Positions 10,701-21,194 of a stretch of 48,009 nt of DNA are shown here, in pieces (the stretch's first letter is position 1; every line of letters begins with the position of its first letter). The stretch comes from Cyanophora paradoxa CCMP329. Its lineage: Eukaryota > Plantae > Glaucophyta. The position numbers and the translations under genes were made by a program. The notes below the pieces were generated by a model. It searched no databases and had not been told where the DNA came from. It saw only the letters and a list, made by a program, of their open reading frames with translations. Where the stretch lies: positions 1 to 48,009 of the forward strand of contig QPMI01000352.1 in NCBI GenBank assembly GCA_004431415.1, read 5' to 3'.

Positions 10701-10946
10701 GCGTGCGCCTGAGCCTGCAGTGCGCCGCCACGCGACGCCCACCCCTCGACCGTCCGCGGCCGCGCCGTCTGTCAGTCCCCGTCGCGTCAAGCGCGCCTGC
10801 AGCGGGCGATGGGGAGAGCGCACCTGCAGTGGGCGGCGCGGAACAGGGACCCCGCTAGAGCGCGGCCTGGCCGATAGGCTGAGCGGGCCGGTGACGTGCT
10901 GGGCCGCCTGTAGATTAAGGTGGAGCGGTCGCTTCTGTGAAGTCAT
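7567..10946 (-). CDS. Coiled-coil + tandem GAF-domain protein (PDE/CyaB-type GAFs, no catalytic domain); multi-exon, start tentative
   Basis: GAF-B: EADRCSVFLPDRRTEMLYA..VPMTAGVAGHVFTTGREVNILDAWHDKRFRSENDELTGYHTRSILCYPV..VLAVLQALNRKAASPFFTPGDAE (NKFDE-like). GAF-A: EHATLFVPS..RGLIARAAREREVVVANE..EVDGWPGHATLSLLCVPVHDRHGTL..AVLRVANRASGGRFVRAD. N-terminal coil ERRRLERQAGTARAEADALRRANLLLESRL. Confidence 0.8.
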
Positions 10947-11234
10947 GCCGTGCGTGCAGCGGTGTCGTCGCCCGGCCGCACTGCGTCGGGCGGCCGGATC
11001 GCCGGCGGTCACCTATGCACCACTCCCATCACTGCCGAACTACGTCCCGGCGCTAGAGCTTTTCCGCGAGGCTGGTAACGCCAGTCGCGGCCACTCTGAC
11101 GCCGACCGCCGCCCTACTGTCCGTTTCGCGTACCCGGGCGGACCTGCTTTTTCTCCCGGGACGCGACGTGGCTCTACGCGCGAGCGCTCGAGGACGGATT
11201 GCACATGAGCAGCGGGCCGGGCCGAGGGCCGGCC

Positions 11235-13163
11235 ATGCGGCTGGTGGCCCTCGTGCTTGTCCTCGCGTGCCTGGCGGGCGACGCGCTCGGTCAGAGTTTT
11301 CTGCACGATGGCCTGAACGTCACGTACCGGTCTGGACCGCCCGCGCTCCGCCCTCCCGTCCTGCTGCTGCGGCTCACGCCCCGCGCCAGCCTCACGAACA
11401 ACATTGTCGTCACCGAGCGCTTGTACGCAAAGAATCCGAGGGACCCCGACAAGCAGTGCGCAGCTAGCGTTGCCAGCCCGCCCTGCGCCTTCCCGCCCCC
11501 TTTAGCTAAGCGCTGTTCGCGGCTCGCGCCGCAGGTACGGCCACCACTGGGTGCGCGGTCGCGCGCGCGGGCGTCGGCAGAGCCTGCGGCGACTGACTGC
11601 GCGTCAGACATTCTCGCGGTTCCACCCGTTCGTGGGGAAGTGCGAGGAGCAGACGATCTACAACTTCCTGGGGATGAAGACGCGGGCAGACCGGATGTGC
11701 ACCGGCAACTACCCCGTCTACTACCCGGGCCGTAAGGAGGCGCGCTCGGCGCCCCGCCCCGCGGCACCCCGCCGGCGGCGGCCTCGCCGGGCTGAACTCG
11801 AGGGCGGGGCGGGGCAGGACTGCGAGCAGCTGCGGCGGTGCGCGGAGAGCCGGTACAAGCACGTGCGGGCGGACTTCCCCCTCGTCGTGCGCCCCGCCCC
11901 CGCCCCCACCCCGGGCGGGGGCGGGGTGGCTAAGGGGCGGGGGGGCAGGACGAGGAGTACTTCGAGTGGGTGGCCCTGCTGGAGGCCGTCATCCACGCCG
12001 CCGCCGCCCGCCTCCCCTCCTTCAACAGCGCGTGCCCCGCCCCCGGCCCCCGACCCGCCCCGCTCACCCGCACCCCGCCCCGCGCAGTGATCGAGGTCGG
12101 CGCGGTGCGGCGGTCCCTTCCAGCTCCCCCCCCCCGCCCCCCCCCCCCCGACTGGCGGCAGGGGTACGCGCCGTGGACGACGTCGGCGGCGAAGGCGCTG
12201 CGGCACCTGAACTTCACGCGCCCCATGGCCCTCACCACCGTCGAGGCCATGCCGACCCTCGCGCGTCCCCGGCCCCGCCCCGCGCCCCCGGCTCCGGCGG
12301 GCTGAGCGGAGCGGGCAGGTGGGCTGGATGCGGGAGCACCTCGCGGCGAACGGCGTGTGCGAGGGCAACGTCCGCTGCAGCGTCGTCCAGGCCCGCCCCG
12401 ACGCCCCGACGCCCCCCCGCCCCCGCGCGCCCCCGGGCCGAGGCGGGAGGCGGGGGCAGGCGGCGGTGGGCCGGCGGCGGGGCGGGCGGCCTTCTCGCTG
12501 GCGGGACGGGACGTGGACTTCAACAACGCCCTCACGGGCGCCACCGACGGCCCGCACGTCAACGGCGCGCGCCCCGGCGGCCGCGCGCCGGGGCCGGGGC
12601 GGGGGTGTGACGGGGCGGGGCGGGGGCAGTGAGCGTGGTGACGCTGGGGGAGCTGGTGGCCGGCCTCACCCACGTCGACCTCCTCGACGTCGACATCCAG
12701 GCCCGCCCCGCCCCCGCCAGCACCCGCCCCGCGCGGCGAGCCCGGGGGCGGCAGGGGGCGAGGACGGCCTCTTCACCCGCGAGGTCGTCGCCACGACCCT
12801 CGCCCGCACGCGCGCCGTCGTCGTCGCCACCCACTACTGGACCCGCCCCGAGGCCCGCCCCGCCCCCGCCCCGCCCCGCCCCGCCCCGGCGCGGGGGGCC
12901 GAGCGGGGCGCGGGGGCGCAGGTCGAGTCGGAGATCATCGGGGCCTTCCAGGCGGAGGGCTGGATCCCCCTCATGATCATGTCCCCCAAGGCCGTCCGCC
13001 CGCCCCGCCCGCCCCACGCCGGCCCGCCGGGGCGCGGGGCGACGGGGACGGGGCGCAGGGGTTCAACACGGAGGCGGGCCCCGTGGCGGTCATCGACGGG
13101 CTGCAGAGCTGGCTCAACCCCCGCTTCGACGACGCCCTCCGACCCTTCCTCCTCGCCCCCTAG
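11235..13163 (+). CDS. FkbM-family (Methyltransf_21-like) SAM-dependent methyltransferase with signal peptide; multi-exon
   Basis: Signal peptide MRLVALVLVLACLAGDALG. Spliced motifs: DEEYFEWVALLEAV, MIEVGAGYAPW (motif I), TTVEAMP, VSVVTLGELVAGLTHVDLLDVDIQGGE, VVVATH, DGLQSWLNPR. Stop at 13161-13163. Confidence 0.8.
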
Positions 13164-14635
13164 CGGCCCCGCCCCGCCCGCCCCCGCCCCCGTCCCGCCC
13201 CAATCTTGCATCCCTAGGCCTCGAGGTCGTTCACACGCAACCTAGGAGTAGAATTAATTCCGAGTCCTGTACTACGGTATTGAAATCATGTCTACAAAAT
13301 TTACGCACTCGTATTTGGGGAAGGGAAAATCACTTCCCCTGTCCCTGTCCCTCGGGCCCATGGCCAACCCTACCCCAAATCCCATTTCCCCGACCTCCGC
13401 AAAACCCGGGCCGCGCGGTACACCCTGAAAGCCCATCCCCAGGGGACCCCGAAACCGTGTCTCCCGGTCCCGTCCGACCAAAGGGTGATCCAGGAACAGG
13501 CACCAACACCCGGGACAAAAACGGGTCCAGCGACGCACAGGGAGCAGATATACGGGCCAGACCAGTTCGAGGTCGTTGCGCGCATCATGCCCGACATTCC
13601 GTTCTGCGAGAGCTAGGCCGGGCGCGAGCGCGGTCGCGTGGGAGGACGCCGCGCGCGCTAGCCAATCACATTGGAGAGTGCGAACTTACCCTGAGGAAAC
13701 CTCTTAAGGTTCCCCCCGGCCGCTTTCTCCCCCGGGCGCCGCAGCTCGGCTCGGCTCAACAATGGTTACGCCTCTCGCGCGCGTGACAGTTTGCTGTGGC
13801 TCAGCGGCTAGCCGTGCCAGCCGCGCACGCTTCACCCGCGCCAACCGCGCACGCCCCGACGGAATTGCACAAGCCGGCCGCAAGCCGGCCGCACTTGGCC
13901 GTCTATGCCACTTGCAACAAGCCGACGCCCGCGCGGCGCGCGCGCCGCGCGACGCAGAGCCCCCGCGCGCGCGCGATGCGCATGCCTGCTGCAGCCGCTG
14001 ATCATGAGCTGGCCCGCTGCGCCGCTTTCTGAGCGGAGCGTGAGCTTGAGCAGCGTCCCCGCGCCCGCGCCCAGATCGCGCGGAGGCCCAGGCCAGGCCA
14101 CTCGTGCACCCGCCACGCCTCACGCGCGCGACGGTCGCGGGGCATGCGCAGGAGCTCGAGCACGTCCACATGTACACAAGGTTAACGTTCAATTTGCGAG
14201 CCATCCCCCGGCCCGCCCCCGGGGCTCGCGCCCTATATAGCTAGGCCCTGAGGCCTACCTCTAGAGGACAGCTCGTCTCGATCGCGAGGACAGCTCGCCT
14301 GGCATGGCCAGCCTGGCCTCGGAGCCGGCCCGGCGGCTCGCGCCCGCGCGGCCGGCCGCGGCCACCGCGCGCCTTCATGATGATCAAGGCTTCTTAAGCT
14401 TAAGCTTAAGTACTAGTCCCTGCTCTCTGCATCTAGATCTTGGATTCGCCGAGTTTAAAGACCCTTCCCCGGACCCAACTGGCAACTGACGCGCGCGGCA
14501 AGTCAGTGGCTCTTTTAGAGTAGAGCCTCTGAGTAGAGCCTCGGAGCCCAGGCCTACCGGTAGGTCGTGAAGGCTCGTTCGGGCCGCGGGCCGCTTTATT
14601 CGAGCTCGAGGGATCGATGGACACTGTGCAATCAT

Positions 14636-14729
14636 ATTCGACGTCGACAAGTAAAGAGATCACATGTGCACAAATTCGACGTCGACAATTGCAAGTAAAG
14701 AGATCATGATCACATGTACACAATTGCAA
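14636..14729. repeat. Two-copy tandem repeat (38-bp unit) whose second copy carries 6-bp palindromic insertions
   Basis: Copy 1: attcgacgtcgacaa-gtaaagagatca-catgtgcacaa. Copy 2: attcgacgtcgacaa[ttgcaa]gtaaagagatca[tgatca]catgtacacaa[ttgcaa]. Confidence 0.9.
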
Positions 14730-15013
14730 ATATTGCACCACGCGCACAAGATTACTGCGATAGCAGACGAAGCCTTACTAAGTTAAAGCAAAGCGAAACA
14801 ATGTACATGATCGGCCATAACTAGTCGCGAGTCTCGATTACGTTACGCGCTCAGCTTGCCAGGCTGGCAGCGGCAAACTTGAAAGCTCAAATGAAATATG
14901 TTTTCAGAATTGAAAGCTAAATGCACTGTGCACGTGCACTAGGGAAAGCTTCAATCGGCGCCGCAGTGCTTTAGTGAAAGGTGCGAGGGGAGTGGGGCCG
15001 GGGCAGGGCGTGG

Positions 15014-16919
15014 TTAGGCCACCAGTATTGAAGTAAAGCGATGAGGGATGGCGGGGCGCGGTTGCGGCTGGCTCAGCGGAGGCGGGGGATGGGCCGCCAG
15101 TGGAGGCGCGCGGCGGCGCCGAGGGCCCCGAAGCCCCCGCCGCGGGCCCCCGCCGGCGAGGCGGCCCGCTCGGGCGAGAGGTGCCGGCCCGCCTCCGCCG
15201 CCCCCGCCCCCGCCGCGCCGGGCGGCGGCAGGAAGAGGGTCGAGCCGGGGCGGGGGGCGCGGATGGTGGGCGCCTGCATCGCCGCCAGACCGTCCAAGCG
15301 CTCCAGGGAGGCCCCGCTCCAGGCCGGCCCCCGCCCCGCTTCCCCGCGCCTCGCCTCCGCCCGGGCCGCCGCCTGAGCGTGCGGGGCGTCGGCGGAGGCG
15401 GCGCGGCAGCGGCAGGAGGCGCACGAGGACCTCGGCGATGGAGGGGCTGGGGCCGAAGGCGTGCTCCCCCAGAGCCGCCATCCCCGAGCTGCCGGCGCGG
15501 GACTCAGAGGCGCAGCAGCCAGCGGGGACGGCGCGCGAAGAAGGACGGAGGACGCACGTGGGGGCGCCCCAGGCGGAGCCCCGGGTGAGGACGGGCTGCG
15601 AGGCCGGTCCCGGGGACGCTGCAGGGGCCAACGGCATCGCCGCCCTGCGGGGTGGAGTGAGCGTCGGGTGCAAGCCGCAGCGAGTCTCGGGTCGCGGGGG
15701 CCGGGCTCACGGAAGGCTTGCACGGCGCGGGGCGGCCGGGGGGACGGGCACTACGCCCCCCGTGGGCCTGAGCGGGCGGCGCGGTGAGTCGCCGCGGGGT
15801 GCGACTCGGGGCCGGGGGCGGGGCGGGGGGCACCCGAAGTCGCTGTGGCGACGGGCCATGCGGGCGGCGTCGGTGAGGAGAAAGCCCCCGCCGCGCGCGG
15901 CAGCGAGGGCAGCCCTGACGCCGGCCTGCTTGCCCCTGCTCCGTCAGGCCGGCTCAAGGGGGGGGGGGAACAGGGGTACAGCGGCGCACGGGCTATAGGG
16001 GCTCGGGGGCGGCGCGGCTTGCCCCGCCAGCGCGGGCCCGGGGCCGGCGGGGCAGCAGCGGGTGCTGGCGCCGCGGGCTTCGGATTCGCGGGCCGCGCAG
16101 CGAGCGGATTCGCGACGCGGGCGCCGGGAGGAGGCAGGGGCCGGACTGGGAACGCCAGCGCATGGCGGCGCGGGGCCCGACGGTGGCAGCGAGGCCGGCG
16201 GGGACGCTGCGCCGCCGCGGCTGCGGGCGGCGGCGGGGCCGGCCCCTCGGCCTCCGCGGCCCCGCCGCCACGATTTCCGCCCCCTCCGCGGCGGCCCCCG
16301 CGGCGGCGGCCCCGGCCTCGGCCTCCGACTCCGCGTCGGCCTCGTCGCCCGGCGAGGCCCGCGGGCTCTCCAGAGGGCTCCCCAGGGGCCCCGGGGCGGC
16401 GGGGGCGGCGGGGCCTGGCGCGCCTCGCGGCGCGGGACGGGGTCCTTGAAGGAGTAGCGGAAGCGGGCGGGGCGGGGCGGGGGCGCGGGGAGGCGTCGGG
16501 GCCGGGGGAGGGCGTCGGGCCGAGGGCGGCGGCGCTGGCGGAGAGGCGCCTGCGCAGGCGGAGGGCCTCCAGCTCGAGGTCCCTCACCGCGATCTCCCGC
16601 TCCAGCTCTGCCCCCGCCCCGCCCCGCTCCTCAGCCCCCGTCCCCCGCCCTCGCCCCCGGCCCCCGCCCGCGCACCTTGCAGGTCGGCCGCGCTCCGCAG
16701 CGCCGCCCAGTGCCCGCGGTCCGCGGCCGCCTCCCGCCGGCGCCACGGCCGCTCGTGGACCGCGCCGCGGGCGCCGAGGGGTGCGTGCCGGCTGCGTAAT
16801 CCAAGCTCGAGGCCACTCTCTAGATCTGGGTCCTCGGAGCTCGAGCTCGAGCGGGAGCTGGCACGCGATGGCAGCCGCGGGGGCCCAACGGAGGCGCGCG
16901 ACGAGACCGCGGAGCCCAT
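15014..16919 (-). CDS. Hypothetical low-complexity protein with a short coiled coil and possible N-myristoylation; exon structure and 3' end unresolved
   Basis: Starts MGSAVS (MGxxxS). A typical C-rich/G-rich intron is followed by AELEREIAVRDLELEALRLRRRL. No recognisable domain. Confidence 0.35.
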
Positions 16920-17774
16920 CTAGCTCTAGATCGATTTCACGCAGCGGCAGCGGCAGCGCGCAGCGCCGGCAGCGCTGGCGATCGCAATTGCAACGCTTCT
17001 GCAGCTGCAGCTGCTGCGAGCTCGAGATTCAACGGTGTGTTGGCTTGCCGAGTTCTTAGCTGGAACTTTAAGCTGCAGCTGCAGCGTGTGCTCAACTGCG
17101 CCTTTGTGGCCGCGGTGGTTTGCCGTGCGCGTGCCGGTACCGGTACACGGTGCGCATGCGCTAGCGCTTGTGGGTGAGCACCCACCTTCTGGCAGGCCGC
17201 TGCACCGACCCCGCGGCCGGCTGCTGCTTCTAAAAGTGGCATCTGTTGATCGATGCTAGCTATAGCGCGCCGGTCACCCCGCCGCGGAGGCAGCTCGGCG
17301 AGCAACTTCGAGTCTTCGAGCGCTCACCGAAAAAAAGGGTGTTGCCAATTTGCCCAGGCGAACGGGCACCTGCCGGAGGACGCGATCGATCGCGACTCGC
17401 GAGATCAAATTAAAACACGTGTTCGACACAGTTCGGGATCGCCGCGCCGAGTCGGGACGAGGCAAACATAGCCGCTGATCATATGCATGAGCTCGAGCTC
17501 GCCAGTCGACTGCAGCTGTGGACCGTCACGGCGTCGGACTTGGGCCGGAGCGGCGGGCCGGGGCCGGGGCCATGGCCATGCATGCCATGGCCACCGTGCA
17601 CCCGCCGCGCTGCGGCGCCGCCATGGCCAGCTGCATGCACAGCTGCTAGCGCTTGTGCACGTGGCGGAACTGTTTAGTTTTTGTTAATTTATTGCGATTC
17701 GAGGGAATTCCCATACGTATATACGGGCTAGCGCTGCATCCGTGCGAGATCCAAGGCTGGCTACGTATACTAGG

Positions 17775-20504
17775 CTAGTTGGGGGCGGGGGGCGGGGCGT
17801 GTGTGCCGCCGCCGCGGAGCACCGCCCGAACGCTCTCCAGTGTGCCGTCGATCTGCCGGCGGTGGCCATGCATATGGCCCATGGCCATGGTGAGTGATTC
17901 GAATTCGCGATCGGTGGGGCGCGTGGTGGAGCTCGAGGGGCGGGGGGCGGGGCGCGCCTCGTGCGGGGGCTGGAGGCGGAGGAGGTGGGCGAGGAGGGGG
18001 TACACGTCCACCATTCGCAGCTGCCCGACGCGGCCGCCCTTCACGAAGCTCGGGCCCCGCGCGGCGAAGACCCCGTGCTGGATAGGGGCCGGCGGGCGGC
18101 GCGCGTGAGGCGCCCCGGCCCCGCGGCCCGCAGCTCGAGGGGCGGGCCGGGCGGGGGGCGCGCCATGTCCGTCCCGGCGTCGGGGTCGTAGCCGTGCTGG
18201 CCCCCCGGAAGAGCTGCTCGCCCCGAACAGTCGATCGCGATTGCGAGCCGCGCCGGTCAGCCTGGGGGCCGGGGGTGGATCGCGAGGGCGGGGGCGGGCC
18301 TCGGGTACTGCTTGAGGAAGCGGGAGGTCGCGATCGACCAGCCTGGCATGGACCGGCGCGGGCACGTCTCAGCGGCGAGGGGGCGGGGCGGGCCGGGGCG
18401 CGGGGCGGGGCGGGCCGGGTCGGCGAGGGCGAGGAGGGGCGGCACGCGCTCCGAGTCCCGGTAGTGCAGCCGCCCCGGCACCTGCCCGCCCCGCCCCGCC
18501 CCGCCCCCAGCCACGTAAGGGGTTTCAAGCTGGAGCCGCGGCCGCGGTCGGGGCCGGGGCGCGGGCCGGAGCGGTGCGGGCCTCGTGGCGGCGGTAGACG
18601 GAGAGGTGCGGGTGGGCCTGCGCGCGCGGGGGGCGAATCCGAAGTCAACGGCAAATTAGAGTAGACGGGGTAGGAGGGGCGGGGGCCGGGGGCGGGGCGC
18701 GCGTCCTTGAGGCGTGCATAGGCGGTGTCGGCCTCGGCGGCTGTGCGGGGCCACAGGGCCAGGTTCGGGCTCCACGCCGCCGCCGCCCGGCCCCACTCCT
18801 CCTGCCCCCCGCCCCCGAGCTCGCCCTGCTGCGTCCGCGGGCGGGGGCGGTGGAGGGGTGCGGGGCGGGGGCGGCACGAAGGTCCAGGGGAGGCGGGAGA
18901 GGGTGTCGACTTGGATGACCCGCCGCGCGTCCAGCTGCGCCATGTTGGGCGCGGGGCGGGGGCGGGGCCGGGCCGGGGCGGGGCGGGCGGGCCTGGGCCA
19001 TGCCGTGGTCGCTGGCGACGAGAAGGTCGACCTCGTGGGCGAGCCCGCGCGCCTCCAGCCCCTCCATCAGCACCCCCAGCGCCCCGTCCACCTGCCCGCC
19101 CCGGGCCCACGCGTACGTGCACGGGCCGCGATCATAATTGCAATGAGAGCGCGAGGGCGAGGGCACGTGCGCGCGCGCGCCTCGAGGATGGCGGCGAGGA
19201 TGCGGGTCGACTGCGGCCCGTACGTGTGGCCCACCCTGCGCGACCTCCACGTCAGCCTCGGCCCCGGACGACGCCAGTCGCATGCGCAGGGCGCTCGCCC
19301 GTCGGTGGCGTCGAGGTGCAGGAGGAGGAGGTGCGGCCGCTGCGCCGGCTCCAGGTCCAGCCACGCCAGCACCTCCCGCGCCTGCCAAACCGAGCTTCAC
19401 CATAGACATCGCACGCGCACTGGATCCGGAACTCCTCGAGTGAGGCGAAAGTGAGGATCTAGATCTAGGATACTAGCTAGCGCTATAGAGCTCGCCCGCT
19501 GCTCGTGCGTCATGCCCTCGTCCAAGTCCTTCCAGAGGCCTGGCTTGACCCCCTGCCGCCGGAATCACTCCGCGAAAATCCGCCGGGGCATCCGCCCCGC
19601 GCCGCGAAAAACGGGGCAGAACGGGCCTCGTAGGGCGCGGAGGCGGCGGGGAAGTAGAGAGCGCCGGTGCGGAGCCCCGAGCGCTCCGCGGTCGCCCAAA
19701 GCGGCTCCGCGCCGCCCGCCCACCAGCGCGACTGCTGCAGCACCGTCTTGTTGTCGATCGAGAAGCCGCCTGCGCGTGCATAGCTAATTATAAATTGCGC
19801 TGCATGCGCAGCTGCACGCGCAGATAAACGGTCGACGTCCACGCAGCGGCCGCGCCGGGCTTGGATTTGGAGAGACAAATTGAAATCAGAAAAATAATAA
19901 TTTTATAAGCCGGACCGAGCTTGGGATCGCGGAAAGAGTTGTCGACTAAACCGTGGTGCTCAGGATAGAGCCCTGTGAGCAGCGTTGCTGTCGCCATCGA
20001 TATCGCGCCCACGCGCGCGTGTCAACAACGTTGACGATCGCGAATCCGGCGCAGCATTGTTTTGCAAAACTAGCCGGACCGTGGTTCGGCAAGGTCTTGG
20101 ACGGGAACACCGGCACGAGGCTGCCCAAAACGCCGGCCGCGGCGAGGCGCGTTAGGTTCGGCGCCTTTGCGGTGTAATCGTGTCTCCACCCGTCAAGAGT
20201 TACGATTAAGAGGGGCCGAACTGCGCGACGGCGCGCGGCGGCGTCGTCTCCATCGTTCGGAGAGACAACGCTCCACACGATCGCAAAAAGCAAGCCCGCT
20301 GCGATGACGGCAACGACCCCGATGCCGACGTTGCGCAGGATACGCCTGCGCCGCTCTTCCTCGAGGCCCTCGAGGCGCGCCTGCGATCCGCGAGTTCGAT
20401 TTGCGCGAAATCGGTCGGGAGCGCGAATTTCGCGCCTGGAGAAGCGGCTCGCGCTCGTAAGGCCCTCGGCCGGCGGCGCTGGCGCTCGTTTCGCCCGCGC
20501 GCAT
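17775..20504 (-). CDS. Ectonucleotide pyrophosphatase/phosphodiesterase (type I phosphodiesterase, ENPP/NPP family), type II membrane anchored; multi-exon
   Basis: TM segment VGIGVVAVIAAGLLFAIVWSVV. Motifs: [40 protein letters not shown] (Thr nucleophile), RWWAGGAEPLWATA, TDGVGHTYGP, LLVASDHGM, HGYD..MHGVFAARGPSF, VDVYPLLAHLL. Confidence 0.92.
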
Positions 20505-21194
20505 TTTCCGTCTTAGCAGAGAGAGCAAATCTGGATCTATAGCTGGCTAGGCCTCGGCAGGGTGGGTACGGAAAATTTACGGACGCGCGACGATTACGGC
20601 GGCGCGGCGGTCCAGGCTTCCCACCCGTGGGTGCCTGCAGCTGATAAAGCTGCGTGTCAAGACATATCCCTAGGAGTCCGGAAACGTGTGCCGGGAGATC
20701 CAGGTACCGTCGGGTTGACCAGGAATGGCCAACAACACGTATTCAAAAAAACTTGTTGTCCGTTAATACGAACATTGCCCGGTTGGGCTTTTGCAAAAAT
20801 CAAAAAGCTAGCTAGGCCTCTTCTTTTTATTCAAGTGTATTCCCTCTAGTTTCCTGACCTCTAGATGCTGCAATTGATCTTGCAGTAGCTCTCCGATTCA
20901 GATTGATAGTAGTCTAGCCTGGTAGTAGGCAGCCGCTGAGCTGCGATATTCACCGCGGCGGGGGCTGATCATGTATGCATGCACTGATCGAGCTCACCGT
21001 GGCACTGATATCGATCACGATCACTCGCGATATCGATCGGCTTTGCGCGCTTTCGTTTGCGATTCGTATACATTCGCAATGCCTAGCTGTATATAGACTG
21101 GGGATCAGCATTAATTTGCAGGTCGACGTTTGAAACTGGGCTATAGCTATAGCTAATCACTCAGAGTCAGCAATCAACTATGTTTGCAAGCATC

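Noticed and set aside
13280-14750. Intergenic ORFs of 60-170 aa and a possible TE-coding remnant
   Set aside because: No transposase, RT or other recognisable motifs; palindrome-rich non-coding character.
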